Source: Laetmonice hystrix
Lineage: Eukaryota
Assembly (NCBI GenBank): GCA_965235115.1
Contig: OZ249436.1
Coordinates: forward strand, 27,034,001-27,098,000
Length of the DNA stretch: 64,000 nt
Direction: 5' to 3'
How positions within the stretch are numbered: the first letter of the stretch is position 1; each line of letters opens with the position of its first letter. The notes beneath the pieces are model-generated. The model saw only the letters and a list, made by a program, of their open reading frames with translations. It was not told where the DNA came from and did no database searches. The position numbers and the translations under genes were made by a program. This document shows, in pieces, positions 42,501 through 55,400 of the stretch.

Positions 42501-45500
42501 AAACAGCCTCCCCCTTCCCAATCCCCATGATATGGCTGACTGGCCCTTAGACATTACCCCGAACCACCCAGCCAACACCCTCCCTCTTCCCAATCCCCAT
42601 GATATGGCTGACTGGCCCTCAGACATTACCCCGAACCACTCAGCCAACACGCTCCTTCTTCCCAATCCCCATGATATGGCTGAATGTCCCTCACACATTA
42701 CCCCGAACCACTCAGCCAACCCCCTCCCTCTTCCCAATCCCCACGATATGGCTGAATGGCCCTTAGACATTACCCGGACCACTCAGCCAACACCCTCCCT
42801 CTTGCCAATCCCCATGATATGGCTGACTGGCCCTTAGACATTACCCCGAACCACTCAGCCAACACCCTCCCCTTCCCAATCCCATGATATGGCTGACTGG
42901 CCCTTAGACATTATCCCAAACCACCCAGCCAACACCCTCCCTCTTCCCAATCCCCATGATATGGCTGACTGGCCCTCACTCATTACCCCGAACCACTCAG
43001 CCAACACTCTCCCCCTTCCCAATCCCATGATATGGCTGACTGGCCCTCAGACATTACCCCGAACGACTGAGCCAACACCCTCCCCTTCCCAATCCCATGA
43101 TATGGCTGACTGGCCCTTAGACATTATCCCAAACCGCCCAGCCAACACCCTCCCTCTTCCCAATCCCCATGATATGGCTGACTGTCCCTCAGACATTACC
43201 CCGAACCACTCAGCCAACACCCTCCCTCTTCCCAATCCCCATGATATGGCTGACTGGCCCTTAGACATTACCCGGACCACTCAGCCAACACCCTCCCTCT
43301 TGCCAATCCCCATGATATGGCTGACTGGCCCTCAGACATTACCCCGAACCACTCAGCCAACACCCTCCCCTTCCCAATCCCATGATATGGCTGACTGGCC
43401 CTTAGACATTATCCCAAACCACCCAGCCAACACCCTCCCTCTTCCCAATCCCCATGATATGGCTGACTGGCCCTCACTCATTACCCCGAACCACTCAGCC
43501 AACACTCTCCCCCTTCCCAATCCCATGATATGGCTGACTGGCCCTCAGACATTACCCCGAACGACTGAGCCAACACGCTCCCTCTTCCCAATCCCCATGA
43601 TATGGCTGAATGTCCCTCACACATTACCCCGAACCACTCAGCCAACACCCTCCCCTTCCCAATCCCATGATATGGCTGACTGGCCCTTAGACATTATCCC
43701 AAACCACCCAGCCAACACCCTCCCTCTTCCCAATCCCCATGATATGGCTGACTGTCCCTCAGACATTACCCCGAACCACTCAGCCAACACCCTCCCACTT
43801 CCCAATCCCCATGATATGGCTGACTGGCCCTTAGACATTACCCGGACCACTCAGCCAACACCCTCCCTCTTGCCAATCCCCATGATATGGCTGACTGGCC
43901 CTTAGACATTACCCCGAACCACTCAGCCAACACCTTCCCCCCTCTTTCCAATCCCAATGATATGGTTGACTGGCCCTCAGATGTTACCCCTAACCACTCA
44001 GCCAACACCCTTCATGTTCCCAATCCCCATGATATGGCTGACTGGCCCTCACTCATTACCACTAACCACTCAGCCAACACCCTCCCTCTTCCCAATCCCC
44101 ATGATATGGCTGACTGGCCCTTAGACATTACCCCGAACCACTCAACCAACACCCTCCCTCTTCCCAATCCCCATGATATGGCTGACTGGCCCTCAGACAT
44201 TACCCCGAACCACTCAGCCAACACCCTCCCTCTTCCCAATCCCCATGATATTGCTGACTGGCCCTCAGACATTACCCCGAACCACCCAGCCAACACCCTC
44301 CCTCTTTCCAATCCCCATGATATGGCTGACTGACCCTCAGACATTACCCCGAACCACTCAGCCAACACCCTCCCCCTTCCCAATCCCCATGATATGGCTG
44401 ACTGGCCCTTAGACATTACCCCGAAGCACTCAGCCAACACCCTCCCTCTTCCCAATCCCCATGATATGGCTGACTGGCCCTCAGACATTACCCCGAACCA
44501 CTCAGCCAACACCCTCCCTCTTCCCAATCCCCATGATATGGCTGACTGGCCCTTAGACATTACCCCGAACCACTCAGCCAACACCCTCCCTCTTCCCAAT
44601 CCCCATGATATGGCTGACTGGCCCTTAGACATTACCCCGAACCACTCAGCCAACACCCTCCCTCTTCCCAATCCCCATGATATGGCTGACTGGCCCTCAG
44701 ACATTACCCCGAACCACTCAGCCAACACCCTCCCTCTTCCCAATCCCCATGATATGGCTGACTGGCCCTCAGACATTACCCCGAACCACTCAGCCAACAC
44801 CCTCCCTCTTCCCAATCCCCATGATATGGCTGACTGGCCCTTAGACATTACCCCGAACCACTCAGCCAACACCCTCTCTCTTTTCCAATCCCCATGATAT
44901 GGCTGACTGGCCCTTAGACATTACCCCGAACCACTCAGCCAACACCCTTCCTCTTCCCAATCCCCATGATATGGCTGACTGGCCCTTAGACATTACCCCG
45001 AACCACTCAGCCAACACCCTCCCACTTCCCAATCCCCATGATATGGCTGACTGGCCCTTAGACATTACCCCGAAACACTCAGCCAACACCTTCATCCCTT
45101 CACAATCTCCATGATATGGCCGACTGGCCTTAGACATTACCCCGAACCACTCAGCCAACACCCTCCCTCTTTCCAATCCCCATAATATGGCTGACTGGCC
45201 CTTAGACATTACCCCGAACCACTCAGCCAAAACATTCCCCCCTCTTCCCAATCCCCATGATATGGCTGACTGGCCCTTAGACATTACCCCGAACCACTCA
45301 GCCAACACCCTCCCCCTTCCCAATCCCCATGATATGGCTGACTGGCCCTTAGACATTACCCCGAACCACTCAGCCAACACCCTCCCTCTTCCCAATCCCC
45401 ATGATATGGCTGACTGGCCCTTAGACATTACCCCGAACCACTCAGCCAACACATTCCCCCCTCTTCCCAATCCCCATGATATGGCTGACTGGCCCTTAGA

Positions 45501-48500
45501 CATTACCCCGAACCACTCAGCCAACACCCTCCCTCTTCCCAATCCCCATGATATGGCTGACTGGCCCTTAGACATTACCCCGAACCACTCAGCCAACACC
45601 CTCCCCCTTCCCAATCCCCATGATATGGCTGACTGGCCCTTAGACATTACCCCGAACCACTCAGCCAACACCCTCCCTCTTCCCAATCCCCATGATATGG
45701 CTGACTGGCCCTTAGACATTATCCCAAAGCACCCAGCCAACACCCTCCCCCGTCCCAATCCCCATGATATGGCTGACTGGTCCTCAGACAACACCCTCCC
45801 TCTTCCCAATCCCCATGATATGGCTGACTGGCCCTCAGACATTACCCCGAACCACTCAGCCAACACCCTCCCTCTTCCCAATCCCCATGATATGGCTGAC
45901 TGGCCCTTAGACATTACCCCGAACCACTCAGCCAACACCCTCTCTCTTTCCAATCCCCATGATATGGCTGACTGGCCCTTAGACATTACCCCGAACCACT
46001 CAGCCAACACCCTCTCTCTTCCCAATCCCCATGATATGGCTGACTGTCCCTCAGACATTACCCCGAACCACTCAGCCAACACCCTCCCTCTTCCCAATCC
46101 CCATGATATGGCTGACTGGCCCTTAGACATTACCCGGACCACTCAGCCAACACCCTCCCTCTTGCCAATCCCCATGATATGGCTGACTGGCCCTCAGACA
46201 TTACCCCGAACCACTCAGCCAACACCCTCCCCTTCCCAATCCCATGATATGGCTGACTGGCCCTTAGACATTATCCCAAACCACCCAGCCAACACCCTCC
46301 CTCTTCCCAATCCCCGTGATATGGCTGACTGGCCCTCACTCATTACCCCGAACCACTCAGCCAACACTCTCCCCCTTCCCAATCCCATGATATGGCTGAC
46401 TGGCCCTCAGACATTACCCCGAACGACTGAGCCAACACGCTCCCTCTTCCCAATCCCCATGATATGGCTGAATGTCCCTCACACATTACCCCGAACCACT
46501 CAGCCAACACCCTCCCCTTCCCAATCCCATGATATGGCTGACTGGCCCTTAGACATTATCCCAAACCACCCAACCAACACCCTCCCTCTTCCCAATCCCC
46601 ATGATATGGCTGACTGTCCCTCAGACATTACCCCGAACCACTCAGCCAACACCCTCCCACTTCCCAATCCCCATGATATGGCTGACTGGCCCTTAGACAT
46701 TACCCGGACCACTCACCCAACACCCTCCCTCTTGCCAATCCCCATGATATGGCTGACTGGCCCTTAGACATTACCCCGAACCACTCAGTCAACACCTTCC
46801 CCCCTCTTTCCAATCCCAATGATATGGTTGACTGGCCCTCAGATGTTACCCCTAACCACTCAGCCAACACCCTTCATGTTCCCAATCCCCATGATATGGC
46901 TGACTGGCCCTCACTCATTACCACTAACCACTCAGCCAACACCCTCCCTCTTCCCAATCCCCATGATATGGCTGACTGGCCCTTAGACATTACCCCGAAC
47001 CACTCAACCAACACCCTCCCTCTTCCCAATCCCCATGATATGGCTGACTGGCCCTCAGATTTTACCCCGAACCACTCAGCCAACACCCTCCCTCTTCCCA
47101 ATCCCCATGATATTGCTGACTGGCCCTCAGACATTACCCCGAACCACCCAGCCAACACCCTCCCTCTTTCCAATCCCCATGATATGGCTGACTGACCCTC
47201 AGACATTACCCCGAACCACTCAGCCAACACCCTCCCCCTTCCCAATCCCCATGATATGGCTGACTGGCCCTTAGACATTATCCCAAAGCACCCAGCCAAC
47301 ACCCTCCCCCTTCCCAATCCCCATGATATGGCTGACTGGTCCTCAGACATTACCCCAAACCACTGAGCCAACACCCTCCCTCGACCCAATCCCCATGATA
47401 TGGCTGACTGGCCCTCAGACATTACCCCGAACCACTCACAGCCAACACCCTCCCTCTTTCAAATCCCCATGATATGGCTGACTGACCCTCAGACATTACC
47501 CCGAACCACTCAGCCAACACCCTCCCCCTTCCCAATCCCCATGATATGGCTGACTGGCCCTTAGACATTACCCCGAAGCACTCAGCCAACACCCTCCCTC
47601 TTCCCAATCCCCATGATATGGCTGACTGGCCCTCAGACATTACCCCGAACCACTCAGCCAACACCCTCCCTCTTCCCAATCCCCATGATATGGCTGACTG
47701 GCCCTTAGACATTACCCCGAACCACTCAGCCAACACCCTCCCTCTTCCCAATCCCCATGATATGGCTGACTGGCCCTTAGACATTACCCCGAACCACTCA
47801 GCCAACACCCTCCCTCTTCCCAATCCCCATGATATGGCTGACTGGCCCTCAGACATTACCCCGAACCACTCAGCCAACACCCTCCCTCTTCCCAATCCCC
47901 ATGATATGGCTGACTGGCCCTCAGACATTACCCCGAACCACTCAGCCAACACCCTCCCTCTTCCCAATCCCCATGATATGGCTGACTGGCCCTCAGACAT
48001 TACCCCGCACCACCCAGCCAACACCCTCCCTCTTTCCAATCCCCAGGATATGGCTGACTGACCCTCAGACATTACCCCGAACCACTCAGCCAACACCCTC
48101 CCCCTTCCCAATCCCCATGATATGGCTGACTGGCCCTTAGACATTATCCCAAAGCACCCAGCCAACACCCTCCCCCTTCCCAATCCCCATGATATGGCTG
48201 ACTGGTCCTCAGACATTACCCCGAACCACAGAGCCAACACCCTCCCTCGACCCAATCCCCATGATATGGCTGACTGGCCCTCAGACATTACCCCGAACCA
48301 CTCACAGCCAACACCCTCCCTCTTCCCAATCCCCATGACATGGCTGACTGGCCCTCAGACATTACCCCGAACCACTCAGCCAACACCCTCCCTCTTCCCA
48401 ATCCCCATGATATGGCTGACTCGCCCTTAGACATTACCCCGAACCACTCAGCCAACACCTTCATCCCTTCACAGTCTCCATGATATGGCCGACTGGCCCT

Positions 48501-51500
48501 TAGACATTACCCCGAACCACTCAGCCAACACCCTCCCTCTTGCCAATCCCCATGATATGGCTGACTGGCCCTTAGACATTACCCCGAACCACTCAGCCAA
48601 CACCCTCCCACTTCCCAATCCCCATGATATGGCTGACTGGCCCTTAGACATTACCCCGAAACACTCAGCCAACACCTCCATCCCTTCACAATCTCCATGA
48701 TATGGCCGACTGGCCCTTAGACATTACCCCGAACCACTCAGCCAACACCCTCCCTCTTGCCAATCCCCATGATATGGCTGACTGGCCCTTAGACATTACC
48801 CCGAACCACTCAGCCAACACCCTCCCTCTTGCCAATCCCCATGATATGGCTGACTGGCCCTTAGACATTACCCCGAACCACTCAGCCAACACCTTCCCTC
48901 TTCCCAATCCCCATGATATGGCTGACTGGCCCTCAGACATTACCCCGAACCACTCAGCAAACAGCCTCCCCCTTCCCAATCCCCATGATATGGCTGACTG
49001 GCCCTTAGACATTACCCCGAACCACCCAGCCAACACCCTCCCTCTTCCCAATCCCCATGATATGGCTGACTGGCCCTCAGACATTACCCCGAACCACTCA
49101 GCCAACACGCTCCTTCTTCCCAATCCCCATGATATGGCTGAATGTCCCTCACACATTACCCCGAACCACTCAGCCAACCCCCTCCCTCTTCCCAATCCCC
49201 ACGATATGGCTGAATGGCCCTTAGACATTACCCGGACCACTCAGCCAACACCCTCCCTCTTGCCAATCCCCATGATATGGCTGACTGGCCCTTAGACATT
49301 ACCCCGAACCACTCAGCCAACACCCTCCCCTTCCCAATCCCATGATATGGCTGACTGGCCCTTAGACATTATCCCAAACCACCCAGCCAACACCCTCCCT
49401 CTTCCCAATCCCCATGATATGGCTGACTGGCCCTCACTCATTACCCCGAACCACTCAGCCAACACTCTCCCCCTTCCCAATCCCATGATATGGCTGACTG
49501 GCCCTCAGACATTACCCCGAACGACTGAGCCAACACCCTCCCCTTCCCAATCCCATGATATGGCTGACTGGCCCTTAGACATTATCCCAAACCGCCCAGC
49601 CAACACCCTCCCTCTTCCCAATCCCCATGATATGGCTGACTGTCCCTCAGACATTACCCCGAACCACTCAGCCAACACCCTCCCTCTTCCCAATCCCCAT
49701 GATATGGCTGACTGGCCCTTAGACATTACCCGGACCACTCAGCCAACACCCTCCCTCTTGCCAATCCCCATGATATGGCTGACTGGCCCTCAGACATTAC
49801 CCCGAACCACTCAGCCAACACCCTCCCCTTCCCAATCCCATGATATGGCTGACTGGCCCTTAGACATTATCCCAAACCACCCAGCCAACACCCTCCCTCT
49901 TCCCAATCCCCATGATATGGCTGACTGGCCCTCACTCATTACCCCGAACCACTCAGCCAACACTCTCCCCCTTCCCAATCCCATGATATGGCTGACTGGC
50001 CCTCAGACATTACCCCGAACGACTGAGCCAACACGCTCCCTCTTCCCAATCCCCATGATATGGCTGAATGTCCCTCACACATTACCCCGAACCACTCAGC
50101 CAACACCCTCCCCTTCCCAATCCCATGATATGGCTGACTGGCCCTTAGACATTATCCCAAACCACCCAGCCAACACCCTCCCTCTTCCCAATCCCCATGA
50201 TATGGCTGACTGTCCCTCAGACATTACCCCGAACCACTCAGCCAACACCCTCCCACTTCCCAATCCCCATGATATGGCTGACTGGCCCTTAGACATTACC
50301 CGGACCACTCAGCCAACACCCTCCCTCTTGCCAATCCCCATGATATGGCTGACTGGCCCTTAGACATTACCCCGAACCACTCAGCCAACACCTTCCCCCC
50401 TCTTTCCAATCCCAATGATATGGTTGACTGGCCCTCAGATGTTACCCCTAACCACTCAGCCAACACCCTTCATGTTCCCAATCCCCATGATATGGCTGAC
50501 TGGCCCTCACTCATTACCACTAACCACTCAGCCAACACCCTCCCTCTTCCCAATCCCCATGATATGGCTGACTGGCCGTTAGACATTACCCCGAACCACT
50601 CAACCAACACCCTCCCTCTTCCCAATCCCCATGATATGGCTGACTGGCCCTCAGACATTACCCCGAACCACTCAGCCAACACCCTCCCTCTTCCCAATCC
50701 CCATGATATTGCTGACTGGCCCTCAGACATTACCCCGAACCACCCAGCCAACACCCTCCCTCTTTCCAATCCCCATGATATGGCTGACTGACCCTCAGAC
50801 ATTACCCCGAACCACTCAGCCAACACCCTCCCCCTTCCCAATCCCCATGATATGGCTGACTGGCCCTTAGACATTACCCCGAAGCACTCAGCCAACACCC
50901 TCCCTCTTCCCAATCCCCATGATATGGCTGACTGGCCCTCAGACATTACCCCGAACCACTCAGCCAACACCCTCCCTCTTCCCAATCCCCATGATATGGC
51001 TGACTGGCCCTTAGACATTACCCCGAACCACTCAGCCAACACCCTCCCTCTTCCCAATCCCCATGATATGGCTGACTGGCCCTTAGACATTACCCCGAAC
51101 CACTCAGCCAACACCCTCCCTCTTCCCAATCCCCATGATATGGCTGACTGGCCCTCAGACATTACCCCGAACCACTCAGCCAACACCCTCCCTCTTCCCA
51201 ATCCCCATGATATGGCTGACTGGCCCTCAGACATTACCCCGAACCACTCAGCCAACACCCTCCCTCTTCCCAATCCCCATGATATGGCTGACTGGCCCTT
51301 AGACATTACCCCGAACCACTCAGCCAACACCCTCTCTCTTTTCCAATCCCCATGATATGGCTGACTGGCCCTTAGACATTACCCCGAACCACTCAGCCAA
51401 CACCCTTCCTCTTCCCAATCCCCATGATATGGCTGACTGGCCCTTAGACATTACCCCGAACCACTCAGCCAACACCCTCCCACTTCCCAATCCCCATGAT

Positions 51501-52478
51501 ATGGCTGACTGGCCCTTAGACATTACCCCGAAACACTCAGCCAACACCTTCATCCCTTCACAATCTCCATGATATGGCCGACTGGCCTTAGACATTACCC
51601 CGAACCACTCAGCCAACACCCTCCCTCTTTCCAATCCCCATAATATGGCTGACTGGCCCTTAGACATTACCCCGAACCACTCAGCCAACACATTCCCCCC
51701 TCTTCCCAATCCCCATGATATGGCTGACTGGCCCTTAGACATTACACCGAACCACTCAGCCAACACCCTCCCCCTTCCCAATCCCCATGATATGGCTGAC
51801 TGGCCCTTAGACATTACCCCGAACCACTCAGCCAACACCCTCCCTCTTCCCAATCCCCATGATATGGCTGACTGGCCCTTAGACATTACCCCGAACCACT
51901 CAGCCAACACATTCCCCCCTCTTCCCAATCCCCATGATATGGCTGACTGGCCCTTAGACATTACCCCGAACCACTCAGCCAACACCCTCCCTCTTCCCAA
52001 TCCCCATGATATGGCTGACTGGCCCTTAGACATTACCCCGAACCACTCAGCCAACACCCTCCCCCTTCCCAATCCCCATGATATGGCTGACTGGCCCTTA
52101 GACATTACCCCGAACCACTCAGCCAACACCCTCCCTCTTCCCAATCCCCATGATATGGCTGACTGGCCCTTAGACATTATCCCAAAGCACCCAGCCAACA
52201 CCCTCCCCCGTCCCAATCCCCATGATATGGCTGACTGGTCCTCAGACAACACCCTCCCTCTTCCCAATCCCCATGATATGGCTGACTGGCCCTCAGACAT
52301 TACCCCGAACCACTCAGCCAACACCCTCCCTCTTCCCAATCCCCATGATATGGCTGACTGGCCCTTAGACATTACCCCGAACCACTCAGCCAACACCCTC
52401 TCTCTTTCCAATCCCCATGATATGGCTGACTGGCCCTTAGACATTACCCCGAACCACTCAGCCAACACCCTCTCTCTT
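39563..52478. repeat. Tandem duplication of a 6458-bp block
   Basis: Constant offset of 6458 (40291/46749, 42889/49347, 44862/51320), with only a few visible SNPs. Confidence 0.85.
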
Positions 52479-55400
52479 CCCAATCCCCATGATATGGCTG
52501 ACTGGCCCTTAGACATTACCCCGAACCACTCAGCCAACACCCTCCCACTTCCCAATCCCCATGATATGGCTGACCGGCCCTTAGACATTACCCCGAAACA
52601 CTCAGCCAACACCTTCATCCCTTCACAATCTCCATGATATGGCCGACTGGCCCTTAGACATTACCCCGAACCACTCAGCCAACACCCTCCCTCTTGCCAA
52701 TCCCCATGATATGGCTGACTGGCCCTTAGACATTACCCCGAACCACTCAGCCAACACATTCCCCCCTCTTCCCAATCCCCATGATATGGCTGACTGGCCC
52801 TTAGACATTACCCCGAACCACTCAGCCAACACCCTCCCCCTTCCCAATCCCCATGATATGGCTGACTGGCCCTTAGACATTACCCCGAACCACTCAGCCA
52901 ACACCCTCTCTCTTCCCAATCCCCATGATATGGCTGACTGGCCCTTAGACATTACCCCGAACCACTCAGCCAACACATTCCCCCCTCTTCCCAATCCCCA
53001 TGATATGGCTGACTGGCCCTTAGACATTACCCCGAACCACTCAGCCAACACCCTCCCTCTTCCCAATCCCCATGATATGGCTGACTGGCCCTTAGACATT
53101 ACCCCGAACCACTCAGCCAACACCTTCCCCCCTCTTTCCAATCCCAATGATATGGTTGACTGGCCCTCAGACATTACCCCGAACCACTCAGTCAACACCC
53201 TCCCCCTTCCCAATCCCCATGATATGGCTGACTGGCCCTTAGACATTACCCCGAACCACGCAGCCAACACCCTCCCTCTTCCCAATCCCCATGATATGGC
53301 TGACTGTCCCTCAGACATTACCCCGAAGCACTCAGCCAACACCCTCCCTCTTCCCAATCCCCATGATATGGCTGACTGGCCCTCAGACATTACCCCGAAC
53401 CACTCAGCCAACAGCCTCCCCCTTCCCAATCCCCATGATATGGCTGACTGGCCCTTAGACATTACCCCGAACCACTCAGCCAACCCCCTCCCTCTTCCCA
53501 ATTCCCACGATATGGCTGACTGGCCCTTAGACATTACCCGGACCACTCAGCCAACACCCTCCCTCTTGCCAATCCCCATGATATGGCTGACTGGCCCTTA
53601 GACATTACCCCGAACCACTCAGCCAACACCTTCCCCCCTTTTTCCAATCCCAATGATATGGTTGACAGGCCCTGAGATGTTACCCCTAACCACTCAGCCA
53701 ACATCCTCCCTCTTCCCAATCCCCATGATATGGCTGACTGGCCCTCAGTCATTACCCCGAACCACTCAGCCAACACCCTCCCTCTTCCCAATCCCCATGA
53801 TATGGCTGACTGGCCCTTAGACATTACCCCGAACCACTCAGCCAACACCCTCCCTCTTCCCAATCCCCATGATATGGCTGACTGGCGCTTAGTCATTACC
53901 CCGAACCACTCAGCCAACACCCTCCCACTTTCCAATCCGCATGATATGGCTGACTGGCCCTTAGTCATTACCCCGAACCACTCAGCCAACACCCTCCCTC
54001 TTTCCAATCCCTATGATATGGCTGACTGGCCCTTAGACATTACCCCGAACCACTCAGCCAACACCCTCCCACTTCCCAATCCCCATGATATGGCTGACTG
54101 GCCCTTAGACATTACCTCGAACCACTGAGCCAACACGCTCCCTCTTCCCAATCCCAATCATATGGCTGAATGTCCATCACACATTACCCCAAACCACTCA
54201 GCCAACACCCTCCCACTTCCCAATCCCCATGATATGGCTGACTGGCCCTTAGACATTACCCGGACCACTCAGCCAACACCCTCCCTCTTCCCAATCCCCA
54301 TGATATGGCTGACTGGCCCTTAGACATTACCCCGAACCACTCAGCCAACACCCTCCCTCTTCCCAATCCCCATGATATGGCTGACTTGCCCTCAGACATT
54401 ACCCCGAACCACTCAGCCAACACCCTCCCTCTTTCTAATCCCCATGATATGGCTGACTGGCCTTCAGACATTACCCCGAACCACTCAGCCAACACCCCCC
54501 CCCCTTCCCAATCCCCATGATATGGCTGACTGGCCCTGAGACATTACCCCGAACCACCCAGCCAACCCCCTCCCTCTTCCCAATCCCCATGATATGGCTG
54601 ACTGGCGCTTAGTCATTAACCCGAACCACTCAGCCAACCCCCTCCCTCTTCCCAATCCCCACGATATGGCTGACTGGCCCTTAAAGTAGACATTACCCGG
54701 ACCACTCAGCCAACACCCTCCCTCTTGCCAATCCCCATGATATGGCTGACTGGCCCTTAGACATTACCCCGAACCACTCAGCCAACACCTTCCCCCCTCT
54801 TTCCAATCCCAATGATATGGTTGACTGGCCCTCAGATGTTACCCCTAACCACTCAGGCAACACCCTTCATGTTCCCAATCCCCATGATATGGCTGACTGG
54901 CCCTCACTCATTACCCCGAACCACTCAGCCAACACGCTCCCTCTTCCCAATCCCCATGATATGGCTGAATGTCCCTCACACATTACCCCGAACCACTCAG
55001 CCAACCCCCTCCCTCTTCCCAATCCCCACGATATGGCTGACTGGCCCTTAAAGTAGACATTACCCGGACCACTCAGCCAACACCCTCCCTCTTGCCAATC
55101 CCCATGATATGGCTGACTGGCCCTTAGACATTACCCCGAACCACTCAGCCAACACCTTCCCCCCTCTTTCCAATCCCAATGATATGGTTGACTGGCCCTC
55201 AGATGTTACCCCTAACCACTCAGCCAACACCCTTCATGTTCCCAATCCCCATGATATGGCTGACTGGCCCTCACTCATTACCCCGAACCACTCAGCCAAC
55301 ACCCTCCCTCTACCCAATCCCCATGATATGGCTGACTGGCCCTTAGCCATTACCCCGAACCACTCAGCCAACATCCTCCCTCTTCCCAATCCCCATGATA

